Shown: positions 27,691 through 36,221 of the stretch, in pieces
Position numbering within the stretch: the stretch's first letter is position 1
Layout: each line of letters opens with the position of its first letter
IMG/VR virus record: IMGVR_UViG_3300045988_113120
Location: 24,222 to 88,221 of that record
Source: a virus
Length of the DNA: 64,000 nucleotides
Strand: one strand, 5' to 3'
Notes under the pieces: model-generated
What the model was told of the DNA's origin: nothing
Database searches by the model: none
Seen by the model: only the letters and a program-made list of their open reading frames with translations
Made by a program: the position numbers and the translations under genes

Positions 27691-28195
27691 ATAGATATTT
27701 CATGATGCGTTTTGTACCGATTTTGTTGGCAGCATCCTCTGCAATTTCTGGAGAAGTAAAATAAATGCCATTGATTGTTTGTGATGCATATAAATATGCC
27801 GTTGTTAAATCTCTATCTACAATGTCATACCTAATACAACAATGCTCATTTTCACCATCCCAAATTAGTTTTTCCGAATTATTGTGTTCGTCAGCATATC
27901 TCTGCAACTCAACATTAACCTTCTGTTTTTCAATAGCAAACTCTGTATCCTTTTCAGTCTTAAATACATTACCTAAAGCTAATCTTCTCAAATCTGATGC
28001 TCTACCTTGCCATTTTGCAATACCGATCTGTCCATCATTAGTGATGTAATAATACTCATCTCCGTTCTTTAACCCACATGGATTTGTTTCTTCTTTCTGT
28101 TCTGATCTCTCGCAGAACTGCTCAAATAATGATTTAAATAAATTCTGCTGTGCTTCAGATAATTTTGAAATATCAATTGTCTTTGCTATACCCAT
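27662..28195 (-). CDS. Hypothetical protein, tandem paralog A
   Basis: 177 aa. Its N-terminus MGIAKTIDISKLSEAQQNLFKSLFEQFCER and the stretch LGNVFKTEKDTEFAIEKQKVNVELQRYADEHN match the adjacent gene. Confidence 0.45.
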   Translation of the reverse strand: MGIAKTIDISKLSEAQQNLFKSLFEQFCERSEQKEETNPCGLKNGDEYYYITNDGQIGIAKWQGRASDLRRLALGNVFKTEKDTEFAIEKQKVNVELQRYADEHNNSEKLIWDGENEHCCIRYDIVDRDLTTAYLYASQTINGIYFTSPEIAEDAANKIGTKRIMKYLFDVDCEVDE

Positions 28196-28211
28196 TTTCT
28201 TTCACCTCACT

Positions 28212-28724
28212 TTATGCTCCAAAGATGTATTTAATGATTCTGTCTCTTCCGATTGCTTCAATTGCATCAACTAAAACATCTTTTGATGTAAACATAACTG
28301 TACCCTGTATTTTTGTTGTAGCCAATGTATCGCAAAGAAGTCTTTTTCCGTCTTCTTCACATCGAATACAATAACAACGATTGGCAAATTCTGTGCCGTT
28401 GTGTTCCTTTGCATACCGCTCAAGTTCAACTTCTACTTTTCTTTTCTTTCTTGCAAATACTGCTTCTTCTTGTGTTTTAAATACGTTGCCTAATACCCAT
28501 CTACCGTTATCGACAATGCTATTAAACCATATTGCGCTATAAATAGATCCGCTACCATCAATGTAATGATATCTTTCACCGTATTTTGGTTTCCAAACTT
28601 TAGACCCTGAATTAGTTTTTTCTTTTGGTTTCGCTCTTTCACAACATTTATCAAATAATGCTTTTATTAGATCCTGTTCTGCCTCTGGCAGCACTGAAAT
28701 ATCAATTGTTTTTGTTGTACTCAT
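28212..28724 (-). CDS. Hypothetical protein, tandem paralog B
   Basis: 170 aa. MSTTKTIDISVLPEAEQDLIKALFDKCCER...LGNVFKTQEEAVFARKKRKVEVELERYAKEHN. Confidence 0.45.
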   Translation of the reverse strand: MSTTKTIDISVLPEAEQDLIKALFDKCCERAKPKEKTNSGSKVWKPKYGERYHYIDGSGSIYSAIWFNSIVDNGRWVLGNVFKTQEEAVFARKKRKVEVELERYAKEHNGTEFANRCYCIRCEEDGKRLLCDTLATTKIQGTVMFTSKDVLVDAIEAIGRDRIIKYIFGA

Positions 28725-29117
28725 TTATTTCCCCTCACTTTTAAACTCTTCAATCTCTCTCCACGCCAAAACACTTTCGTCGTTATAGTATAAAATGTTA
28801 CTGTTACGCCTTCTCCATCCATGAGAATCGTGCCATGACCTATGAGTGCATTCACCTTTTATAAAAACCCAAACGTACTTAATATCTTCTGGCAGATCAT
28901 CAGGATTCTTTCTTAAGTCATGCCATCTATACTTTTCTTTATATTCTTTTAACTCTTTCAATTCTCCCAGCCACTTCGCAAGTTGCTCATGATTTAAGGC
29001 ACAGTCAATCAATCCATCAAGTTCTTCATCGTCTGGATTCGCATGACACAACATGGCTTCTGTGTATTTCTTTGTTGTCATATCATTTGCGCATTTGATA
29101 GTTTCTTCTAAATTCAT
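28725..29117 (-). CDS. Hypothetical protein
   Basis: 130 aa ORF. Confidence 0.4.
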   Translation of the reverse strand: MNLEETIKCANDMTTKKYTEAMLCHANPDDEELDGLIDCALNHEQLAKWLGELKELKEYKEKYRWHDLRKNPDDLPEDIKYVWVFIKGECTHRSWHDSHGWRRRNSNILYYNDESVLAWREIEEFKSEGK

Positions 29118-29132
29118 TTGTTTCTCTCCTCT

Positions 29133-29420
29133 CTAATCAATATCTGCGATACTCTCTACAAAACAGTTATAATAAATATATCTCTTACCTTTGTAGTCAA
29201 ACTTGACATATCCACCATCATTTGTATCAATATCAATTTTTCCTTTATATTCAGCAATCTTCTTACCGTCTGCCGTGTATACTGTAATGACTCTATTCAT
29301 ACCACCATTCCAATTGCTTTTCATATCAACAACTCCTCTTTTGAATCCTGCGGTACATCCTGTCATTGATCCTAAGCAAATCGTTGTTCCTAGAACCGTT
29401 GCCAAAATTTTCTTTCTCAT
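29133..29420 (-). CDS. Lipoprotein
   Basis: 95 aa. Signal peptide with a lipobox (LGSMTGC). Confidence 0.5.
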   Translation of the reverse strand: MRKKILATVLGTTICLGSMTGCTAGFKRGVVDMKSNWNGGMNRVITVYTADGKKIAEYKGKIDIDTNDGGYVKFDYKGKRYIYYNCFVESIADID

Positions 29421-29828
29421 TTATTTCTCTCCTTCTTCCTTATAGTAATATCCATACAAGCAACAATCTCCAGAATCCCATGTGTCGTAATAACAACCGT
29501 CTGAAATTGCAACTACATGATTCGCAACATTTACCAAGTAATTGCCTTGTTTATGATCTTTTGCAAAACTTTCAACTGTTGGTCGTTTAGATCCTTTTCG
29601 GTTGCTAATACCTTGATAAGCAAACCCATTATCGAATAAATATTCTTCGTAACATTTTCGCTCTGATGGCATACACTGCATATCCCTTGCGTATGGTAAC
29701 AAATCATCAAATGTTGTTAACCATTCTTTATCAAGCACTTTTGTTAATGCTCTGATCACGCAATCTGAATGATTGTCTTTTGTATCTTTATCGTTTGGTT
29801 GATAATATCTGTAAATTTTATTTGACAT
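29421..29828 (-). CDS. Hypothetical protein, possible papain-like Cys/His fold
   Basis: 135 aa with the motif NHSDCVIRAL. The assignment is tentative. Confidence 0.3.
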   Translation of the reverse strand: MSNKIYRYYQPNDKDTKDNHSDCVIRALTKVLDKEWLTTFDDLLPYARDMQCMPSERKCYEEYLFDNGFAYQGISNRKGSKRPTVESFAKDHKQGNYLVNVANHVVAISDGCYYDTWDSGDCCLYGYYYKEEGEK

Positions 29829-29994
29829 TTTCTCACTCCTTCATATTTCATTTTCTTGAAGTTTACCTTTCATTTGTTGAATATAATATACCACTTCTTG
29901 CACATAGTGTCAATACAAAATCTTCAACTTCTTGAATATTTTATTTTACATCCTGTATATAATATGTTACAATATAGATGTGGAGGTATATCAT

Positions 29995-30198
29995 ATGATA
30001 AGTTATAAACCGCTTTTCGTAACTTTAGCGAAAAAGGGTATGACAAAATCTGATTTACGAACCGCTTTAAATATGGGGTCTGGTACAATTGCCAAGATGG
30101 CAAAGAATCAGTATATCAGTCTCGAAAACATTGACAAAATTTGCTTATATCTTGATTGCAAAGTTGAAGATGTTATCGAGGTCATACCAAACGATTAA
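29995..30198 (+). CDS. XRE-family helix-turn-helix transcriptional regulator (only clear plus-strand gene)
   Basis: 67 aa from ATG 29995, preceded by a GGAGG RBS. HTH: LAKKGMTKSDLRTALNMGSGTIAKMAKNQ...LENIDKICLYLDCKVEDVIE. The upstream promoter-like sequence is TTGAAT-n17/18-TATAAT. Confidence 0.65.
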   Translation: MISYKPLFVTLAKKGMTKSDLRTALNMGSGTIAKMAKNQYISLENIDKICLYLDCKVEDVIEVIPND

Positions 30199-30203
30199 CC
30201 AAA

Positions 30204-30236
30204 AAGACTTTAACCATTTAGGTTGAGGTCTTTTTT
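30204..30236 (+). terminator. Rho-independent terminator after the XRE gene (likely bidirectional)
   Basis: aaagac...gtcttt stem followed by tttttt. Confidence 0.5.
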
Positions 30237-30237
30237 A

Positions 30238-30381
30238 GTGGAAACAACAGGAATCGAACCTGTGTCGGCAATTTATATGTGATGAAAATTAAATGTAAAT
30301 AAATAAAAATACTTATATGGAGGTAGAAAAATGAATGTTTATGTATTGCCTGCTCTACCAACTGAGCTATGTTTCCATGAC
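30238..30381 (-). tRNA. tRNA-like gene (possible anticodon CAT) interrupted by a ~67-74 nt AT-rich insertion in the anticodon loop
   Basis: On the minus strand: acceptor GGAAACA/TGTTTCC (7/7), U8, D-arm GCTC-AGTTGGTA-GAGC, anticodon stem GGCAA...TTGCC, T-arm ACAGG-TTCGATT-CCTGT. There are 74 nt between the anticodon-stem halves. The insert starts with TACATAA (loop-like with CAT) and is flanked by ACATAAA / ACATATAAA direct repeats. A TTGAAC...TATAAA promoter-like sequence lies upstream. Confidence 0.4.
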
Positions 30382-30506
30382 TGGCACTTTATACAACTAT
30401 ATATAGTGGTTCAATAATTGGATAATCACTATATATTGTGTTTTATAGAGTCATAAAATGCCAGTTTTATGTTTGTGAAATTAATTTTTGTAGATGAATT
30501 TATCCG

Positions 30507-31241
30507 TTATTTGCGAGCGTTTTTCATTTGATCTAATATGGCTTTAGCTTCTTGCTGTCGCTCTTCTTGCTCCATATGATAATCCAATGTTTCTGCACTA
30601 GATTCATACGCAATAGCAACGCCTTTGGATTGTTCGCTAAGTTTCTTTGCTCCTTCTCGAACCTCTTCCAAACCTTCCTGAGCAGCATTTAAACTATTGT
30701 ATTGGTCTAAATTTTTCTGCAATTCTGCAATCTGCTGATCTGCTTCCATCTGGAGAACCACAGTATCTTTTTCACCTTTTAACTTAATGAGCTGATCATA
30801 TGCTTGGTTTTTAATTTCTTCTTGTTTATCTTTTGTTGCTTGCAACTCTGGGATTTTCTTTTCGTACACTGATTTCTGTGCCTTGAGCGTGGCTAATTTT
30901 TGAGCATAATACATTGCTTTTTTATCATCATTGTTATCAATATACTGGTTGATCATTGCCTCGGTTTTAGAAATTTCTTCTTTTGTTTCTTTGAGGTTAT
31001 CTTCCATTGTTGCCAATCGACCAGCTACCATTGTGTATGTACCCATTGTTTTCTGGTAGAAATCCTGCTTATCTTTAATTGCAGTATTATATCTGGCTCT
31101 TGCTCCCTCTGGAGTCATTGCATTTTCTTTGATTTTTTCTGTAACTGTTCCAGATGCCACATTTTTAATCTGCTTTCCATTTTTAGTAAATTGTAAATAT
31201 GCGATAATCGCTACAATTACACAAATAATAATAATTGTCAT
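30507..31241 (-). CDS. Membrane-anchored coiled-coil protein (partner of flotillin-like gene)
   Basis: 244 aa. N-terminal TM helix followed by a long charged alpha-helical region. Confidence 0.4.
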   Translation of the reverse strand: MTIIIICVIVAIIAYLQFTKNGKQIKNVASGTVTEKIKENAMTPEGARARYNTAIKDKQDFYQKTMGTYTMVAGRLATMEDNLKETKEEISKTEAMINQYIDNNDDKKAMYYAQKLATLKAQKSVYEKKIPELQATKDKQEEIKNQAYDQLIKLKGEKDTVVLQMEADQQIAELQKNLDQYNSLNAAQEGLEEVREGAKKLSEQSKGVAIAYESSAETLDYHMEQEERQQEAKAILDQMKNARK

Positions 31242-31255
31242 AATAATTTCTCCTA

Positions 31256-32716
31256 TTAGAACTCACGGTAATCTGCTGGCTCTGGTGTTCCAAGATTTTC
31301 ATTATCTGTAGATTCTACTTCTTTATCTTCAGAAACAAAATCTTTTAGCATCTTTGCAAGATCAACACCTGTAGATCCTTTAACACCATCTGATACCTGA
31401 TTCACAACATTCATAATATCTTTTGTTAATTTTGTTGTGTTTCCTTCTCCATACATAGTGATACTTCCTACATTTCCTAATGGTGCGGCTGCATTTTTAA
31501 CTGCTTCTGGGAACATCTGGCACATCATTTCTACAATAGAAGCTTTACCCATCTGTTTCATAGCTTCTGCTTTCTTTTCGATTGCTTCTGCTTCAGCAAT
31601 ACCTTTAGCTTTGATTGCCTCGGCTTCTGCTACACCCTTTGCACGAATACCTTCAGCTTCCTGTTCCATAGCATATTTTGTAGATTCAGCTTCTTTTTCT
31701 TTAGCATATTTATTAGCTTCTGACTCTTTCTGTCTCTTATATAAATCTGCATCTGCTTTCTGCTGAGAGGCATATCTTTCAGCCTCTGCCTGTTTCTTGA
31801 TCTGTGCATCTAATGTCTGCTCTGTTACCTCAACGTCTTTACGTTTCAGTTCAATTTCTTTTTCCTGACGCATAATATTAGCATCCGCAGTTACAATTTC
31901 AATTTCTTTACGTGATTTTTCTTCCTGAATCTTGTATGCTGCATCTGCCTCAGCCTTCTTTGCTTTTGAAATCTTCTCAAGTTCAGATTTTTTAATTTCC
32001 AGATTGTTATTCTTTTCTGCGATCGCTGTTTCTGACTCAACCCTTGCATCATTCGCTTCTTTTTCAGCCATTGCTTTTGCTTTTTCAATATCTCTTTCGC
32101 TTTCAGCTCTGGAAATTGCAGCCTTCTTCTGAATTTTAACAACATTATCTACACCAAGATTTTCAATAACATCATTATCATCCATAAAATTCTGCACATT
32201 AAAACTGATGATATCTAATCCCATTGCAGCAAGGTCTGGCTTCGCATTTTCTGTAACAAGCTGTGCAAATTTCTGACGATCAGAAACCATTTCTTCGAGG
32301 CTCATCTTTCCAACGATCTCTCGCATATTACCTTCAAGGACTTCTCTTGCGACCTGTCCAATATCGCCTACTGGCTTATTTAAGAAGTTTTCTGCTGCAA
32401 GTTTTAATCTTTCTGGATTACTGCTAACCTTTACATTGACCGCTGCATCTACATTGATATTGATATAATCTGCTGTAGGCACAGAACTTGATGTCTTAAC
32501 ATCAATTGGAATTAACTCAAGATTAAGATGATCTGCTTTTTCAAAGAATGGGATTTTTAACCCTGCCTTACCAATTAATGTCTTAGGTGTCTTTCTAAGT
32601 CCAGAAATAATATAAGCTTTATCTGGACTTGCTTTGACATAACCGCTACCGATAATAGCTCCTACGCCACCTACCGCAATAACCACTGGTACCACTGTTC
32701 CAATTACTTCAATCAT
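31256..32716 (-). CDS. Flotillin-like SPFH/band-7 domain protein
   Basis: 486 aa. It has an N-terminal hydrophobic anchor, an SPFH domain, and a long Ala/Glu-rich coiled-coil (AEAEAIKAKGIAEAEAIEKKAEA) typical of flotillins. Confidence 0.65.
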   Translation of the reverse strand: MIEVIGTVVPVVIAVGGVGAIIGSGYVKASPDKAYIISGLRKTPKTLIGKAGLKIPFFEKADHLNLELIPIDVKTSSSVPTADYININVDAAVNVKVSSNPERLKLAAENFLNKPVGDIGQVAREVLEGNMREIVGKMSLEEMVSDRQKFAQLVTENAKPDLAAMGLDIISFNVQNFMDDNDVIENLGVDNVVKIQKKAAISRAESERDIEKAKAMAEKEANDARVESETAIAEKNNNLEIKKSELEKISKAKKAEADAAYKIQEEKSRKEIEIVTADANIMRQEKEIELKRKDVEVTEQTLDAQIKKQAEAERYASQQKADADLYKRQKESEANKYAKEKEAESTKYAMEQEAEGIRAKGVAEAEAIKAKGIAEAEAIEKKAEAMKQMGKASIVEMMCQMFPEAVKNAAAPLGNVGSITMYGEGNTTKLTKDIMNVVNQVSDGVKGSTGVDLAKMLKDFVSEDKEVESTDNENLGTPEPADYREF

Positions 32717-32781
32717 AAATATCTCCTTTGTTATAAAATTTATTTATCACAACACCATATATAGATGTCATAATCTTGTTA

Positions 32782-33114
32782 CTAAATACATCCGCCACAA
32801 GAATTAGTGCGAAAATCCTCTTCATTGATTGCTTTGAAGATCTGGCGCTGAACATCAATATCTTTTGTAATTTTATCTAACCAATACTTATTAGCCTCAA
32901 TCCACTCATCTTGTTTCAGTCCGTCATAATATGATTCCCATTCTTCAACCCAGTCCTTAAAATACCATCGCTCATATCTTTTATATGTATTCATAGGTTC
33001 TGTGCGTAAGTCTTCTGGAATCTTATCGGTAACATCTTTGCCATCAACATCAAGCTTCCATTCTCCAATACAGAGTGCAAAACCACGACCTGTCCATTTT
33101 GCTTTAACTTCCAT
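32782..33114 (-). CDS. Hypothetical protein
   Basis: 110 aa ORF. Confidence 0.4.
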   Translation of the reverse strand: MEVKAKWTGRGFALCIGEWKLDVDGKDVTDKIPEDLRTEPMNTYKRYERWYFKDWVEEWESYYDGLKQDEWIEANKYWLDKITKDIDVQRQIFKAINEEDFRTNSCGGCI

Positions 33115-33116
33115 AT

Positions 33117-33887
33117 TTAATCATCCAACTCCATTCCTGCCTCGATCCACATGCCAGATATAAATTTAGGCATTGGAGCAAGTTTAAATACATTCTTCTC
33201 ATGCATCTCGTCAATGATCTGTCTCACTGCTTCATCTTTACATACTCCAGTTCTCAGATATTCGTCTAACATATCATATGTAAATCCAAGATTATCTTCA
33301 TCTGTCTTACCGCATAATCCATCAGTAGGTGTTTTTTCGATTAACTCTGTTGGAAGTCCCAGAACTCTACCAATTGCTTTAACTTCTGTCACAGTCAGAT
33401 CACTTAATGGACTAAAATCTCCGGCTGAATCTCCATATCTTGTTGCATATCCGACCCAATCTTCAGATAAATTACATGTATTTGCTACTCTTCCATTCAT
33501 ACTCTGTGCAAAAGCATACAATGTAGCCATTCGGATACGAGCAGGTAAATTTGTGGCACTCTGTTTACTCCATTTACCGCCTAATTCATCTCTGATTTCA
33601 TGTTTAATATCTCTGCAAGCATTAAAAATATTAACTGTGTAATGTTCAATTCCTAGATGATCACATAGCATCTGAGAATACTCAATATCACTCTGCACAC
33701 CCTGTGGCATCATAATTCCAATAACTCGATCTTTACCTAGTGCTTCGACACATAAGGCAGCGACAACTGATGAATCTTTACCGCCTGAAATTCCTACAAC
33801 GGCATTACACCATCTTCCATTAACTTTAAACCAATCTCTAATCCACTGTACTAATCTGTCTTTGGTTTCTGCTGCATTAAAACTCAT
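33117..33887 (-). CDS. nadE: NH3-dependent NAD+ synthetase
   Basis: 256 aa. PP-loop motif VGISGGKDSSVVAAL. NadE-like length. Confidence 0.75.
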   Translation of the reverse strand: MSFNAAETKDRLVQWIRDWFKVNGRWCNAVVGISGGKDSSVVAALCVEALGKDRVIGIMMPQGVQSDIEYSQMLCDHLGIEHYTVNIFNACRDIKHEIRDELGGKWSKQSATNLPARIRMATLYAFAQSMNGRVANTCNLSEDWVGYATRYGDSAGDFSPLSDLTVTEVKAIGRVLGLPTELIEKTPTDGLCGKTDEDNLGFTYDMLDEYLRTGVCKDEAVRQIIDEMHEKNVFKLAPMPKFISGMWIEAGMELDD

Positions 33888-33904
33888 GTTTTATATCTCC
33901 TCTC

Positions 33905-35374
33905 TTAAAATTCTCCTTCGTTTAAAACTCTTCTAATTTCCTGTAATGACTGTTCTTTTACCAATTTGCCATCTCTAAATACTGTCTCAAGCAGATTATT
34001 CATTGGAAGATTTTCTGAAGTATATCCATCTTTAAATGTCAATTTACCGTCTAATCCTGTATAGACATGACATAAACCTCTCTGAGATTTCTTAAATCCG
34101 CCATCTTTTGGATTCTTGAAAATTGGATATGGTTTGCCATCAATCTCACAATACGTTGCTTTAATACAACTGCTAAATGTATCTCTTGTAAATGGTTTCA
34201 AAACTCCATTTTCTTCAATACACTGGAATGAGAATGATCCGACGCCAAGTGCAACATTGCTTGCTGCGAATCCATTTTTCTCTAAAATGTCATAAATCTG
34301 CTCACATCTCTGCACTGTAATTGAATCTCCGTAAATTGCTTTTACATGAGGATCTAATACTTTATATCCTTTACTATTCGTAGTTCCGCCAAACTCTTCC
34401 CATAACTTGAATACCGTTCTGGTTACTACATCTACACAATCTCCTGAATCCCCTCTTACAAGAAAACATCCATTGTGATTCATAATCTCATTCTTGAGTT
34501 TTGGAAGAATATTCTCTACAACGTTCCAATAATCATATGAATCCAATACTGCGGAGAAGCTTGTGTTTCGATAAATCTCTGTAAGTAATCTTTTAATCAG
34601 AGTCTCTTCATCTCCGTCAATCGCATAATTACTACACGCAACCGAATGTTCCGTTGACGGGCTACCAAAAGCAACTGGTTCTTTCGTACAATCACAGTTA
34701 TAATTTCTCTCTAAATATGGAATTGTTGGAACTGTTGCTGTATTTAAGAATGATAAACACCATCCTGCCCCTGCTTTAACCGCAGACTGTAAACATTCTT
34801 CGCCACGAAAATCGAAAGCCCCTAATGCTTTAGATTTTGGAATATCGTCATCACAAGTCATTTCATAAAACTTATTAACGATCTGTCTATATGTATGCCC
34901 GACAGTTGCAGCGATCATCGGATGCCACATTTCTGCGGAAATTAAGCTTTCTAATGCCTGTGGCAACCATGCAAAATCTTTATGTGTATTCTCAATACTA
35001 AACATCGGCACATGCATTGGTACTAAAGTTCCTTCAGGAAGAGCCTTAATCTCAATTGGAAGATAGCCAAGATCATATAAATCTTCTATTTTCTGTAATC
35101 CATATGTACCTTCTCCAAGAGCTGCATCCATTACTGTCTTATAAGTACCAATTGCTTTGTTTCTATATTCAAAGAAAAAATACTCATTAAAATAATCGAC
35201 CAAATACTCTTTAATGAATCCTTGTAATCCAAACATGGCTACTTCATTCCATCGTTTTACTCTGCTCATACGTGGAGTAAAATAAGAAACAGATTTTGTA
35301 ATACCTTTTGGTAACATTTCAGCATGAACTGCTTTATAAAAATCAATTAATAACATTGGATTTGTCTGTTTCAT
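33905..35374 (-). CDS. Nicotinamide phosphoribosyltransferase-like enzyme (NAMPT/NadV family; could be a Namat-type ADPR-PP transferase)
   Basis: 489 aa. Its N-terminus NPMLLIDFYKAVH and the stretch LPIEIKALPEG closely match NAMPT (NILLATDSYKVTHY; LPIEIKAVPEG). The start overlaps the Prs-like gene by 4 bp. Confidence 0.75.
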   Translation of the reverse strand: MKQTNPMLLIDFYKAVHAEMLPKGITKSVSYFTPRMSRVKRWNEVAMFGLQGFIKEYLVDYFNEYFFFEYRNKAIGTYKTVMDAALGEGTYGLQKIEDLYDLGYLPIEIKALPEGTLVPMHVPMFSIENTHKDFAWLPQALESLISAEMWHPMIAATVGHTYRQIVNKFYEMTCDDDIPKSKALGAFDFRGEECLQSAVKAGAGWCLSFLNTATVPTIPYLERNYNCDCTKEPVAFGSPSTEHSVACSNYAIDGDEETLIKRLLTEIYRNTSFSAVLDSYDYWNVVENILPKLKNEIMNHNGCFLVRGDSGDCVDVVTRTVFKLWEEFGGTTNSKGYKVLDPHVKAIYGDSITVQRCEQIYDILEKNGFAASNVALGVGSFSFQCIEENGVLKPFTRDTFSSCIKATYCEIDGKPYPIFKNPKDGGFKKSQRGLCHVYTGLDGKLTFKDGYTSENLPMNNLLETVFRDGKLVKEQSLQEIRRVLNEGEF

Positions 35375-36207
35375 AAATCTAACACCTCAACTTTCTCATG
35401 TTCTTTCGTAAAAATACTACGTGTTGTAAATACTTTTTTAAACAAACTATCTTCCTTTAGTAATTCGCCATCAAGAATTGTGTTTTCACAGTGAGTAACG
35501 TACAAATACATATCTTTACAACCGTATTTGTTTAATTCTTTTGATCCGTAGTAGAATGTGCCACCCTTACTACAAATATCATCAATCATTAGAATTGCTG
35601 TATTCTCATCTAATTTATCTGTATCTCCATGAATCTCAATACCAAGAATTTCTCCTGTCTTCCAATCACGATTTTTAATTCCATAGACAATCGGATAATC
35701 ATCTGATACAAATTCAGAATATCTTTTTAGTGATCCGCTATCTGGAAAATAAATTACAAGATTTCTTGATGACTCTGCTTTAAGGACTTTGCAGCAAGTT
35801 TGTGTGATATATGATGCTCCACGAATTACTTCTACATGATCAATCAATGCAGTAGATACATCGGAATGTGGATCAGTTACAATAACTCGTACAAATCCCA
35901 GACTATTAATAATTTCTGCAAAATATTTTAATGTAAAGCATTCGCTTGGCTCTTTTACTCTGTCAAATCTTGCATTTGGTATATACGGCATCACTAATGC
36001 TTGTTGTAACCACGGAAAATGTTCTTTAATATTTTTAGAAATACACAACAAAGAAAACAACTCTTGATCTGACTCATATAACCATGTGATATACACTGTC
36101 TTGTTTTCTATGATTTCTTGAGATATCACACCTAACGAAAAATCAATTTTTTGCGTTCCATCTGGAAAAGATTCTGGAACAATTGGGACTCCACCAATAC
36201 TAATCAT
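35371..36207 (-). CDS. Ribose-phosphate pyrophosphokinase (Prs)-like enzyme (candidate ADPR pyrophosphokinase Adps)
   Basis: 278 aa. PYIPNARFDR resembles the Prs motif PYFGYARQDR. A PRTase-type PRPP-binding loop is present (ILMIDDICSKGGT). Confidence 0.65.
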   Translation of the reverse strand: MISIGGVPIVPESFPDGTQKIDFSLGVISQEIIENKTVYITWLYESDQELFSLLCISKNIKEHFPWLQQALVMPYIPNARFDRVKEPSECFTLKYFAEIINSLGFVRVIVTDPHSDVSTALIDHVEVIRGASYITQTCCKVLKAESSRNLVIYFPDSGSLKRYSEFVSDDYPIVYGIKNRDWKTGEILGIEIHGDTDKLDENTAILMIDDICSKGGTFYYGSKELNKYGCKDMYLYVTHCENTILDGELLKEDSLFKKVFTTRSIFTKEHEKVEVLDL

Positions 36208-36221
36208 TTTTCATCACCCCT

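Noticed and set aside
30238-30381. Group I self-splicing intron in the tRNA-like gene
   Set aside because: The insertion is only ~70 nt, far below the minimal group I core. No P3-P9 elements are evident.
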